NCBI GenBank assembly: GCA_044356725.1
Contig: JBIKVS010000001.1
Coordinates: 2,839-66,838 of the forward strand
Origin: Minisyncoccia bacterium
GTDB lineage: Bacteria; Patescibacteriota; Minisyncoccia; SW-4-49-11
Reading direction: 5' to 3'
DNA length: 64,000 nt
Positions 37,757-46,793 of the stretch are shown in pieces. Numbering within the stretch: position 1 is the first letter of the stretch; the number at the start of each line of letters is the position of its first letter. The notes under the pieces were generated by a model. The model did not search any database. It was not told the DNA's origin and saw only the letters and a list, made by a program, of their open reading frames with translations. The position numbers were made by a program, and so were the translations under genes.

Positions 37757-38317
37757 TTATTTTGGCCAATTATCTGGATGTAGGGAGTCTAATTGCCAAT
37801 TAATAGGGTTATTTATAATATAATTTTGAACTCTCAACAAATCAGTTTCATTACGAATAATATGGTCATAGAAAGATTTTTGCCAAAATGTATTATATTT
37901 ATTTATTATATTTTTCGTAGAGTCGGCGACCTCGCCGACATTATGATTATTGTATTTTTTTACATTCCTCAATGATATTTGTTTAAAACTAGAGATTATG
38001 TCTCCCAAAGAAACTTTTTTATTAGTAGCTAAAGAATATGAATTTTTGTCTATACCAATTATTCCATGAAAATGATTTGGCATTAATACATATCTATCTA
38101 ATTTAATATTAGAATAATACTTTGGTATATCAAGCCAAGTACTTTCTACAATATTTCCAATATTATTTAATTTAAATTTATAAACATCTTCGATATATGT
38201 CGGCGTGGTCGCCGACTCTACGAAAATACATTTCATATCATAGACACATATAGTCACAAAATACCAATAACCCCCAAGATATAATTCTTTTGACAATCTG
38301 TGTCGTTGTCTTTTCAT
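37757..38317 (-). CDS. REP-associated tyrosine transposase (RAYT / IS200-like TnpA_REP) with two in-frame REP-like insertions.
   Basis: YLGGYWYFVTI (compare Y.GG.W.FT in RAYTs); HuH motif YVLMPNHFHGII; C-terminal WQKSFYDHIIRNETDLLRVQNYIINNP (compare WQPRFWEHAIRN...YI.NP). Confidence 0.7.
   Translation of the reverse strand: MKRQRHRLSKELYLGGYWYFVTICVYDMKCIFVESATTPTYIEDVYKFKLNNIGNIVESTWLDIPKYYSNIKLDRYVLMPNHFHGIIGIDKNSYSLATNKKVSLGDIISSFKQISLRNVKKYNNHNVGEVADSTKNIINKYNTFWQKSFYDHIIRNETDLLRVQNYIINNPINWQLDSLHPDNWPK
37916..37943. repeat. REP-like palindrome TCGTAGAGTCGGCG-ACCT-CGCCGACAT inside the RAYT coding sequence, encoding NVGEVADST.
   Basis: Codons mapped one by one. The same unit occurs at 40507-40534 and 51401-51427. 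Confidence 0.7.
38195..38224. repeat. Second REP-like palindrome ATGTCGGCG-TGGT-CGCCGACTCTACGAA inside the RAYT coding sequence, in the opposite orientation, encoding FVESATTPTY.
   Basis: Codons mapped one by one. Confidence 0.7.
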
Positions 38318-38329
38318 ATAAAGTACTTT

Positions 38330-39802
38330 CTACACAAAGAATTTTCTTCGGATTTCTTCGTCTTGGGCTTTTTGCTTTTCTTCAATTAGGTTTATAGCCT
38401 TAATTTTGAGGTCTTTTAGGTCTTGTGTGGCAAGTGCTTGGGATTGTGATTTTAGATATTCAACATTATTTTTAGTAGGGTCTTCTAGTATTTCAGCTAA
38501 CAGTACATTTAGAATCATACCAATCAGTGGGCCAGGTTTGATATTTAGTTCATTTATCAAAATATTCCCATCAATTTTGAGCATAGATAAATCTATTGGG
38601 TCTAATAAAACCTTTTCAGTCATATATTCAAAGTGACGTAGGCGATAGGGACGGGCCTTCGGGGTTCCTGATCCTATACGGTCACATTCTCTTAGTTTAA
38701 TCAAATCTTTGATATTTTCTACTCCTACATTACGAATTAATTTGCGAATTGAGGCTTCTGTTACTTCATTAGTATCATAGTAAAACATATGGTATCTGAC
38801 CAACTTAGAGATTCTAGCTGCAAGCTTTTTGGGATAATGTAGTCTATTCAAAATCTCATAGGCCATACTAGCTCCTACTATTTCATGATTATGAAAGGTA
38901 CAAGTTTTCCCAGTCCCTTCTTTAGTTCGTGGTTTAGCAATATCGTGTAGTAAGCCGGCCATTCTAAGGTCAAAACTCCAATCCATATCACAAGCATGTT
39001 GCATAGTGCGAAGTAAATGCTCCCATACATCATAAATATGATGTCCATTTTGTTCTACTCCAATACCTTCTTCTAATTCAGGCATAATAGAGGGGAGTAG
39101 ATGGCTATTTTTAAGTAAAACATACCCTTGCATTGCTCTTGGGGCCTGTATCATTTTGGTGAGTTCGTCGCGAATTCGCTCTTGAGCAATATGTTCTAGA
39201 TTAGGAGCTAGATTTTGTATTGCTTGTAAGGTGTGAGGTTCAATTGTGAAATCTAATTGGATGGCAAATCTCACTGCTCTCATTAATCTCAAGGCATCTT
39301 CATTGAATCTATCTTGGGGTTCTCCGACGGTTCGGATAATTTTAGCGTGCAGGTCATCTAATCCTCCAAAAAAATCTTGAATTTCACCTTGTCTATTCAT
39401 TGCAAGAGCATTGACTGTAAAGTCTCTACGAGCTAAATCTTGGGATAGTTCGGATACAAACTCGACTTGTTCAGGATGGCGATTATCTGTGTATTGAGAT
39501 TCTTTACGATAGGTAGTGACTTCAATTATCTCCACTGATTCGTCTGGTTTGCGGTATTTGACTCCCACTGTTCCAAAAGTATTCTCATATACAGAGTCGG
39601 GGAATAGCTCTTGAATTTGTTCAGGTAGGGCATTGGTAGTAATGTCCCAATCTACGGGAGTTTTATTCCCCAAAAGTAAATCTCTAACACTACCACCGAC
39701 GATAAAAGCCTCAAAGCCAGCTTCCTCTAAGGTATGGAGGATAAAAAGTATATGATTCGGTATATTATAATTCATAAAATTTTTGCTAAATTGTGGAGCC
39801 AA
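38330..39802 (-). CDS. cca: CCA-adding tRNA nucleotidyltransferase (polymerase-beta head plus HD domain).
   Basis: GGSVRDLLLG...DWDITT head motif; HD motif LHDIAKP. The listed start overlaps the tRNA; the Met at 39775 (MNYNIPNH) is the more likely start. Confidence 0.75.
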   Translation of the reverse strand: MAPQFSKNFMNYNIPNHILFILHTLEEAGFEAFIVGGSVRDLLLGNKTPVDWDITTNALPEQIQELFPDSVYENTFGTVGVKYRKPDESVEIIEVTTYRKESQYTDNRHPEQVEFVSELSQDLARRDFTVNALAMNRQGEIQDFFGGLDDLHAKIIRTVGEPQDRFNEDALRLMRAVRFAIQLDFTIEPHTLQAIQNLAPNLEHIAQERIRDELTKMIQAPRAMQGYVLLKNSHLLPSIMPELEEGIGVEQNGHHIYDVWEHLLRTMQHACDMDWSFDLRMAGLLHDIAKPRTKEGTGKTCTFHNHEIVGASMAYEILNRLHYPKKLAARISKLVRYHMFYYDTNEVTEASIRKLIRNVGVENIKDLIKLRECDRIGSGTPKARPYRLRHFEYMTEKVLLDPIDLSMLKIDGNILINELNIKPGPLIGMILNVLLAEILEDPTKNNVEYLKSQSQALATQDLKDLKIKAINLIEEKQKAQDEEIRRKFFV

Positions 39803-39870
39803 TGGTGGGGATCGAACCCACGACCTATGCGTTACGAATGCATTGCTCTACCAGACTAAGCTACATTGGC
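39794..39870 (-). tRNA. tRNA-Thr (anticodon CGU) with an encoded CCA.
   Basis: Hand-folded cloverleaf: acceptor GCCAATG/CATTGGC, T-arm GTGGG-TTCGATC-CCCAC, anticodon loop TTCGTAA. There is an A31-C39 mismatch. Confidence 0.65.
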
Positions 39871-39910
39871 GCACTTTTAGTATAGTCTAAAATGGCTACA
39901 AGAGCAATAT

Positions 39911-39944
39911 ATAAATAAAAAAGCCCCGCTTAACTTGGCGGGGT
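39911..39944 (-). terminator. Terminator hairpin GCCCCGC-TTAACTTG-GCGGGGT.
   Basis: Member of the recurring CCCCGC...GCGGGG hairpin family. Confidence 0.45.
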
Positions 39945-40247
39945 TGAATGAGTATGATTTGAGGGGTTCAATCTAGATAATTGATTTATCAATGAAAATA
40001 TATTTTCACTTAATATAACTTTAACTTTGTTATCACCTTTATTTATAATGCAATTTCTTTGAATAGCTCTTATTGCTGAATTAATGCTATTAACATCAGC
40101 TCCAGTATGACATACTCTATATATAAACTCATTTGATCTTTTTTTCTTATGACCTTTTAAATTTTTTCGAGATTCTTTCTTAAATATTTTAGCTTCTTTC
40201 AACAAATGTATTATATGCTGCCATTGTCTATGAGAATATTCACACAA
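39930..40247 (-). CDS. Small hypothetical protein.
   Basis: ORF only. Confidence 0.25.
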   Translation of the reverse strand: MCEYSHRQWQHIIHLLKEAKIFKKESRKNLKGHKKKRSNEFIYRVCHTGADVNSINSAIRAIQRNCIINKGDNKVKVILSENIFSLINQLSRLNPSNHTHSTPPS

Positions 40248-40371
40248 GTAATTGTCATCAAAAACTCCTCACAAAGTGGTGTTTAGACTATCAAAATCTA
40301 TGTTTTATGTCAAATTGTGAGGAGTATGGATAAATGTAGGATAGCACTTGTTTCTATACAATGCTCAAGTA

Positions 40372-40536
40372 CAGTCCTCCTCCGTCACCTACGGTGCCAC
40401 CTCCCCCAAGGGAGGACAGTTCTTATTTTGTCTCCCTTTTTAACTGCCGTAAGTAGTTGGAGGGAGTACCCGTGGGGGGCAACAGAAGGTCGCCCCTACG
40501 AAAATTATGTCGGCGTGGCGCCGACTCTACGAATAG
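40372..40536. repeat. Mosaic GC-rich repeat cluster. In order: the double-hairpin element (GGTGCCACCTCCCCCAAGGGAGGACAG), a degenerate type-1 hairpin ending AGGTCGCCCCTACGAAA, and the REP palindrome ATGTCGGCG-TGG-CGCCGACTCTACGAAT at 40507-40534.
   Basis: Aligned by eye to the copies at 29043-29151, 37916-38224 and 51401-51462. Confidence 0.65.
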
Positions 40537-40560
40537 TGCAAGGATAAACCCTCCGCTACG

Positions 40561-40594
40561 AGAAAAAGAAAAAAGCCCCGCTGAGTGCGGGGCT
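40561..40594 (-). terminator. Terminator AGCCCCGC-TGAGT-GCGGGGCT for the 40612..41196 gene.
   Basis: 8-bp GC stem plus an A-tract on the plus strand. Confidence 0.55.
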
Positions 40595-40611
40595 TGGGTG
40601 AGTGAGAGCGA

Positions 40612-41196
40612 TCAGTAATCAATGAGGATTTGGATTATCCTTAGCATGGGTCCGATATGAGAGAGCAGGAAGCAACTAACCTGCTGGGAAAGAACATCAT
40701 AGGCATTGAGGTGCTCCATGCCGGAGAAACCCCAACCACCCTTTTTCTTGTCCCTCCGCTGTTTCCAGTATGAGACAGAATGGGTAGGTATACCATAGAT
40801 GTCATAGATGTCATAGAGTAATACTCGATCTTCTGTGACTGTTTCCCCCCTCTTCGTACGATTCCAACCGTACTCACTTCTGCCTGCGTTGACGAAGTGA
40901 ATCTGAAGCACCTCCAGTGCCTCGATCAATAGGGTGTATTGCCCCCAATTGACAGTCTTGAAATCCTTGATGAGATCACGGATTTCGCCGCTTCGGTCGT
41001 GCCACCTTGACACTTGGTCAAAGAACGGTACGATAGCACATATTGGATCAGATTCAGATGCTCGCTGTAATCGCTGTAGTTCGTTGCTAAGTTCCATTAG
41101 CTCCGGAACCAGCTTCTTAAGCTTATCTTTTGGTGAAGAACGTAGCATGCTGATCCGCTTACGCAGGTGCAGGGGGCTTTCGATGGTGATAGCCAT
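40612..41196 (-). CDS. Hypothetical protein with clearly elevated GC (about 47%).
   Basis: 194-aa ORF with its own terminator; no family recognised. Confidence 0.45.
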   Translation of the reverse strand: MAITIESPLHLRKRISMLRSSPKDKLKKLVPELMELSNELQRLQRASESDPICAIVPFFDQVSRWHDRSGEIRDLIKDFKTVNWGQYTLLIEALEVLQIHFVNAGRSEYGWNRTKRGETVTEDRVLLYDIYDIYGIPTHSVSYWKQRRDKKKGGWGFSGMEHLNAYDVLSQQVSCFLLSHIGPMLRIIQILIDY

Positions 41197-41273
41197 TTGG
41201 GCTAACTCCTTGTGAAATGAACAAAATTAATCATATCACAACATAAATAAAATGTCAATAGATGTGGGCAATT

Positions 41274-42692
41274 TTATTTTGTATTTATAATCACACTTTG
41301 GCCATCTTTATCTTGGATAGTATAGCCAAGATTGGACAACTCTTGTCTTAATTTGTCAGCTTGTATGAAATCTTTATCAGCTCGGGCTTGATTTCTTTGG
41401 TTAAATAAATTCATTATCTCAGCTGGAATTGAGGTTTTGGTAAGGGGTAAATTTAGGGCTAGTACTCGTTCTAGTCTTTGGAATAATTTGAGTATATGCC
41501 TACGTGGGATTGGTTCACCAGTATCTATAGCTGTATTAACAATTTTTATAAAATCAAAAATATAGGCAATTGCCTTAGGAGAGTCAAGGTCATTGAATAA
41601 GGCTTTGCGGAAATTATTATAAGTATCTCGAATTTGCTTTTGAATATCTAGATTTCTCTGATGAGTTTTGATTAAATTGACTCTATTTACAAAATCTATA
41701 ATTCTCTGGCGAGTTTGTTTAGCTTGGGTAAGAGCATCCCAAGAAAAATCTATATCGGAGCGATAATGTGCCATCAATACTAATAATCTTAAATCTAATG
41801 GGGAATAGCCGTGAGTAATAATATTATCTAGGGTTATAAAAGTCCCAGCTGATTTAGACATTTTGGCTGTATTGACGGTAAGGAAATAGCTATGAAGCCA
41901 ATAATTTGCCATTGTCTTGCCAGTATCTGCTTTGAACTGAGCTATCTCATTAGTGTGATGAATTGGGATATGATCTTTGCCTCCTGTATGTATATCGAAT
42001 GGTGCGTGAAGCAGAGAATCAGCCATTACTACACATTCAGAATGCCAGCCTGGGAATCCAACACCCCAAGGGCTTTCCCATTCCATTTGTCTAGTCTCTA
42101 CTTTAGGTGAGAACTTCCATAGAGCAAAATCTGAGGGTGATTTTTTCTCTCCCATCTCGACTCTAGCTCCAGCCTCTTGAGCTTGTAATTTTAAGTGAGC
42201 AAAGTCAGCGTATTCCGGTAATTTGGTAGTATCAAAATATACTCCATCACTAGTAATATAGGTGTAGCCCTTTTTTTCTAATCTTTTGATTAAATTTATT
42301 TGCTCTCTTATATATTCAGTCGCTTTAGGGTAGTGATCGGAGGGGACTATATTCAGTTTAGCTAAATCTTCTTGCCAGAGTTTAGTATATTTGAGTGCTA
42401 TTTCCTGAGCTGTGAGATTTTCTCTTTTAGACCCCTTTTCTAATTTATCCTCGCCTGTATTCTCATCGCTGACAAGATGCCCTACATCAGTAATGTTAGT
42501 AACTGAATAGACATTATATCCATGTAATTGCAAAGTCCTTTTGAGTAAATCATCAAATAAAGCTTTTCTCAAATTTCCAATATGTTGTCTGTCATACACG
42601 GTTGGACCACAACTATAAATAGAGACTCTTTTAGGGTTAATTGGCTTGAAGGGAATTAATTTCTTGTCTGGAGTATTATAAAGTTTAATCAT
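41274..42692 (-). CDS. cysS: Cysteinyl-tRNA synthetase.
   Basis: HIGN (HIGH) and KMSKS motifs with CysRS-like context; 472 aa. Confidence 0.85.
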   Translation of the reverse strand: MIKLYNTPDKKLIPFKPINPKRVSIYSCGPTVYDRQHIGNLRKALFDDLLKRTLQLHGYNVYSVTNITDVGHLVSDENTGEDKLEKGSKRENLTAQEIALKYTKLWQEDLAKLNIVPSDHYPKATEYIREQINLIKRLEKKGYTYITSDGVYFDTTKLPEYADFAHLKLQAQEAGARVEMGEKKSPSDFALWKFSPKVETRQMEWESPWGVGFPGWHSECVVMADSLLHAPFDIHTGGKDHIPIHHTNEIAQFKADTGKTMANYWLHSYFLTVNTAKMSKSAGTFITLDNIITHGYSPLDLRLLVLMAHYRSDIDFSWDALTQAKQTRQRIIDFVNRVNLIKTHQRNLDIQKQIRDTYNNFRKALFNDLDSPKAIAYIFDFIKIVNTAIDTGEPIPRRHILKLFQRLERVLALNLPLTKTSIPAEIMNLFNQRNQARADKDFIQADKLRQELSNLGYTIQDKDGQSVIINTK

Positions 42693-42699
42693 AATACAA

Positions 42700-44343
42700 C
42701 TATTGTAATGGGTTAGAAGTCACTTTGTTTGGTGGGCGATAGGTAGAGTAAAAGGCATCTCTTTTTATCATCACATCTCCTTCATATATTTCACGATAAG
42801 CTACTGTTTTCATTGAACCATCTGGACTGGATTCTAAGACAACAGGCTCAATTGTTTTAGCGGTACGACCAGTGGAGGTACCATAAATTTCATAATATAG
42901 AATTGTCCCTACAATATAATGTTGAATTAAGATATGATGATTAGTGTCATTTTGAAATCTAAAGTCTGGCTTTGGTAGGTAAATTGTAGCATCAAGTCCT
43001 GGTTTTCCATAATAATCAACTACATAAGAGTGGGCTCTTCGCTCAGTAATTGGGAGTCCCGCATTCAGAGCAGCTCTAAATAGGGTAGTGGATACTTGGC
43101 AAATTCCTCCTCCATATTCAGGTATGGTTTTATTTCCTTTAATTACTAATTCTGGTAAATATCCATTACGAGCATCTACTTTACCCAAAGTATTTACAAA
43201 AGAAAACTCCTCTCCTGGTTTCAATAAAGTACTTGAGATTTTATTAGCAGCTACATTTATATTCTTAATTCTACTTCTACTTGATCCTCTAAAGTTAGAC
43301 TCTCCTTTTCCTAATAAAGTTTTCACTCCTAGAGCGTCAAATTGTGACTCATCAATCAGAGGTGAGGTGACTGCTACAAATAATTCTGTCTTAGTTTCTC
43401 CTTCTAAAATATCATTTCTAATTCTCTTAGAGCTTTCTTCCATCATCAACTTAGTTCCTTCTTTGCCTGGTTCTAAAATTTGAATCTGTTGGGTTTCAGG
43501 GTCAAATCTTAATTTGGCATTAACTGGTTGGCTGGTCAAAGTTTTTTGTACTGATTCTAAATACTCTTTGATGATGTCTTGTGAGATATCAATCTTTTTG
43601 GTAGCCTGATCAATGGTAATCCAGGTGATGATTTCTTCAGGAGCAATTTTTATAATTGTATCATTAAAAAATATAATATGCTCTCTTATCATAGAGTCAA
43701 GTTCACTCTTTTGAGATTCCCAAGAAGCTGTTGTAATAGCAGGAATTTCTTTATTAAGTGGAATTTCTAATCTAATTTCATCTTTATCTAATTGGGAAGC
43801 AATAGCAGGAGCTATTTTTTCTATATTTAAACTTTCTCCAGCTTGTTCTGGAATTATTATAATTTGGCTATCTTCATAATCTAGTTTGGAGTCCGTAAGA
43901 GTTTTGAGGGCTGGATTTACTTTAGCCCCAAGTGAGGATTCCAAGAATTCATTATCACTTGTATATAGCCAGGTCACATTAGTTTCTTCAAATAACTGGC
44001 TTAAACTAGCTAGAATATTGTTTTTTCTTTTTACTCTATAAGCTTGCACTAAAGTCTCATCAGTATTTAGTTTGATACCTAGTTCCTCTAATGTAGTGGG
44101 ATATTCTTGCTCTCCGTAGGTTAAAATAATATTTTTAGTGCTCAGCTCTTTGTTTTTTTCATCTAATATGTCAAAAGCTTCTTTTAAATTTTTAGAGCCA
44201 ATATCTATACCTTGTACAGATATCTGTGGATAAACAGAGTCACGATAAGCATAAGCAACGCCACCAAGGGTAATAGCTAGTATCACTAGTATAGAGCCTA
44301 GTATTATAAATGGTAATTTAACTTTTTTCCAAAATGATTGCAT
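42700..44343 (-). CDS. VanW-family protein with an N-terminal TM anchor.
   Basis: GGGICQVSTTLFRAALNAGLPITERRAHS is the VanW core. Confidence 0.6.
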   Translation of the reverse strand: MQSFWKKVKLPFIILGSILVILAITLGGVAYAYRDSVYPQISVQGIDIGSKNLKEAFDILDEKNKELSTKNIILTYGEQEYPTTLEELGIKLNTDETLVQAYRVKRKNNILASLSQLFEETNVTWLYTSDNEFLESSLGAKVNPALKTLTDSKLDYEDSQIIIIPEQAGESLNIEKIAPAIASQLDKDEIRLEIPLNKEIPAITTASWESQKSELDSMIREHIIFFNDTIIKIAPEEIITWITIDQATKKIDISQDIIKEYLESVQKTLTSQPVNAKLRFDPETQQIQILEPGKEGTKLMMEESSKRIRNDILEGETKTELFVAVTSPLIDESQFDALGVKTLLGKGESNFRGSSRSRIKNINVAANKISSTLLKPGEEFSFVNTLGKVDARNGYLPELVIKGNKTIPEYGGGICQVSTTLFRAALNAGLPITERRAHSYVVDYYGKPGLDATIYLPKPDFRFQNDTNHHILIQHYIVGTILYYEIYGTSTGRTAKTIEPVVLESSPDGSMKTVAYREIYEGDVMIKRDAFYSTYRPPNKVTSNPLQ

Positions 44344-44391
44344 ATATAATAAATTCTTCCTAATATAGTTTACTACAGCTTAATTATATTA

Positions 44392-45393
44392 TCAAATAGA
44401 TTTGCCTCTTAATTGCCGAAATATCTTATATAAATTGAAAATAAATTTTTGATGAATATAAATTTGGCTATTTGGGTAATCAATAGTTTTGCCTCCAAAC
44501 TGTTTCTTGAATCTGGAAATTCCTTGCCAAGATTTTTTGGTATTAGATATTCCCCAAAAGTCATAAATTTTCTTACCTAGTTTTTTTGCTTCCAAAATAG
44601 ATTCCCATTGTAATAGAGGAGGAGCCATTAGATTTCTGAACTGATTACTGGAAGCTCCGTGTAGATAAACTCTTTGGTCTAATGTATCTAGAATAATATT
44701 GGTAGCTAAAACTTTCTCTTCGTGCTCGGCTATAATTAAGGATACTTTGAGTTCTGTGGTACTATACTTTAACAAATGTTTATAATGTGCTTTTGGATGG
44801 ACGGCAAATTTGCCCCTTTGACTAGTTTCCTGTATCAAATCAAAGAATATATCAAAGTATTTATTAAATTCAGGATCATTGACAGATATATTTTTAATTG
44901 CAATTCCTTTTTTTTGAGCTAATCTAATATTATATCTCATTTTGGAGTGCATATTTTTTAGTAAGTCTTCTTCTGATAAAGTAAGGTCTAAAATTTGAGT
45001 CTGATGTGGTAATCTCTCTATAATGCTTTTCTCAGTATATTTATCAAAAACCTTAGAATAATTATTAAATATATCTTCAGTTGGCTCAAACAAACTAAAA
45101 ATGGCAGTATGTTTCTGAGCTATTTCTTGGACATTATCCCAAAACTCTTGAATTTGACTTTTTGAGATATTATCTGAATAGATAATAGGACCTCTTGGGA
45201 TATATAGCTGGGTATATTGTGAAATTAATTTATAAACATAAATTTGGGCAAAGATTATTATATTATCGTTTGTATCTTTTATAATAATTCTCTCTAAATT
45301 TATATAATCCTTACTGATTAACTCTGCCCAATCTAAGAGTTGATAGTACTCAGGTATATTCTCTGGAGATTTTTGATTAGGAGCTATTATCAT
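44392..45393 (-). CDS. FemAB-family peptidoglycan interpeptide-bridge aminoacyltransferase-like protein.
   Basis: About 330 aa; GNAT-duplication style with the C-terminal motif FWGIS...FKKQFGG. Confidence 0.45.
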   Translation of the reverse strand: MIIAPNQKSPENIPEYYQLLDWAELISKDYINLERIIIKDTNDNIIIFAQIYVYKLISQYTQLYIPRGPIIYSDNISKSQIQEFWDNVQEIAQKHTAIFSLFEPTEDIFNNYSKVFDKYTEKSIIERLPHQTQILDLTLSEEDLLKNMHSKMRYNIRLAQKKGIAIKNISVNDPEFNKYFDIFFDLIQETSQRGKFAVHPKAHYKHLLKYSTTELKVSLIIAEHEEKVLATNIILDTLDQRVYLHGASSNQFRNLMAPPLLQWESILEAKKLGKKIYDFWGISNTKKSWQGISRFKKQFGGKTIDYPNSQIYIHQKFIFNLYKIFRQLRGKSI

Positions 45394-46349
45394 ATTAGCT
45401 GAGGTTCTAATGTTGTGGCTATGTCAATAATTTCTTCCATAGGACTTAATCCATTCACAGATCCTATTTCTCTTAAAACGGAAGATGACTGTACAATACC
45501 CCATTTTAAAGCTTGTGATATATCATTAGACTGAATAAAAGAAGCTAAAAATCCAGCTGCAAAGGCGTCTCCAGCTCCAGTAGTTTCTTTTTTTTCAACC
45601 ATTCGGGCTGGCAAGTAAAAAATATTAGTATTGTCACTGACATAAGCTCCATTATTGCCATCAGTTAATCCAATAATTTTTACTCCCATATTATGCAATG
45701 CCTGAATCAGGTTAGGGATATGTTCATCAGAAGAATTCAATATATGCTGAGCTTCTTCTTTATTTATAAACATTACATTAGTTTTTGGTAAAACTTGATG
45801 AATGAAATTCATATTATGTTTGAGTAAATATGATCCTGGATTAAAGGCGATTTGATGAGGATAATTTTGAGTCAATAATTGCTCTAATAACTGTTCACTA
45901 CCTTTACTTAGAGATGTAATATATAGCCACTCAGTTTGTGGAATGTCTAAATTAGCATAATCTTTATCTTTATGATGAGATAACACAACTCTTTCTCCAT
46001 TGATTGAAAGAATAGTAGATTGATTAATTCCAGATTTATCATTAGGAATAATATGTTCAGTATTTAAATTAATATCTCTAAGGGCTTCTAGTACATATTT
46101 AGATATATCATCTGTTCCTACTGAAGCTATAAGAGCAGTATTAATTCCTAATAAACTAAGTCCATAAGTTAAATTATAAGCATTGCCACCTATATATTCA
46201 TGCATTTCGGAGATTGGTATTTTGTGTCCAATTTCCAAATTAACTACAAAATTACCAGGATTTATATCAGATGGATTGATGTCAAGCGGAGGTAATACTA
46301 AAAACCTATCTAAGGTTATATCTCCAATCACAGCACATTGATAAGACAT
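45390..46349 (-). CDS. PfkB-family carbohydrate kinase (ribokinase-like).
   Basis: GGNAYNLTYGLSLLG and TTGAGDAFAAGFL (DTxGAGD signature). Confidence 0.7.
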   Translation of the reverse strand: MSYQCAVIGDITLDRFLVLPPLDINPSDINPGNFVVNLEIGHKIPISEMHEYIGGNAYNLTYGLSLLGINTALIASVGTDDISKYVLEALRDINLNTEHIIPNDKSGINQSTILSINGERVVLSHHKDKDYANLDIPQTEWLYITSLSKGSEQLLEQLLTQNYPHQIAFNPGSYLLKHNMNFIHQVLPKTNVMFINKEEAQHILNSSDEHIPNLIQALHNMGVKIIGLTDGNNGAYVSDNTNIFYLPARMVEKKETTGAGDAFAAGFLASFIQSNDISQALKWGIVQSSSVLREIGSVNGLSPMEEIIDIATTLEPQLI

Positions 46350-46354
46350 ATTAA

Positions 46355-46789
46355 TTATGGGTTAATATTAATAATTCTTTCATTTGAGTTAATAACTTCA
46401 AACTCTATTTTGGTATGCGGAATATTTTCCCATAGTTTTGGGGTTTTGCTAGCCCATTCAATTAATAAAATATTTTTGGGATTTTGAATCATATCCATAA
46501 TACCTAAATCTAAGACTTCCCAGTCTTGATTCAATCTATATAAATCAAGATGATAGATTTTATAGTTAGAATCGGGGATAGAATAAGGTTTCATAATGAC
46601 AAAAGTAGGGCTTGTGACAGGTTTATCTACTCCAAAGTTAGCTAAAAACCCTTGACTAAAAGTTGTTTTACCTCCACCAAGTTCACCTTCTAGTAATACT
46701 ACATTAGATCTTTTATTAGCTATAATATCCTGAGCTAAATCTCTCGCAATATTTTGGGTTTCCTCCACAGATTTTGAAATTATTTTCAT
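46355..46789 (-). CDS. tsaE: tRNA threonylcarbamoyladenosine biosynthesis protein TsaE.
   Basis: P-loop LLEGELGGGKTTFSQGF; about 145 aa. Confidence 0.7.
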   Translation of the reverse strand: MKIISKSVEETQNIARDLAQDIIANKRSNVVLLEGELGGGKTTFSQGFLANFGVDKPVTSPTFVIMKPYSIPDSNYKIYHLDLYRLNQDWEVLDLGIMDMIQNPKNILLIEWASKTPKLWENIPHTKIEFEVINSNERIININP

Positions 46790-46793
46790 ATTT

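Noticed and set aside
37757-38317. Calling the RAYT an IS200/IS605 insertion sequence with terminal hairpins
   Set aside because: There are no IS-type subterminal hairpin ends flanking the gene, and there is no TnpB. The associated palindromes are REP-like and dispersed, which fits a domesticated RAYT rather than a mobile IS.
40317-40547. 76-aa plus-strand ORF spanning the REP/BIME-like cluster
   Set aside because: It is entirely made of the intergenic GC-rich hairpin repeats, so it is spurious.
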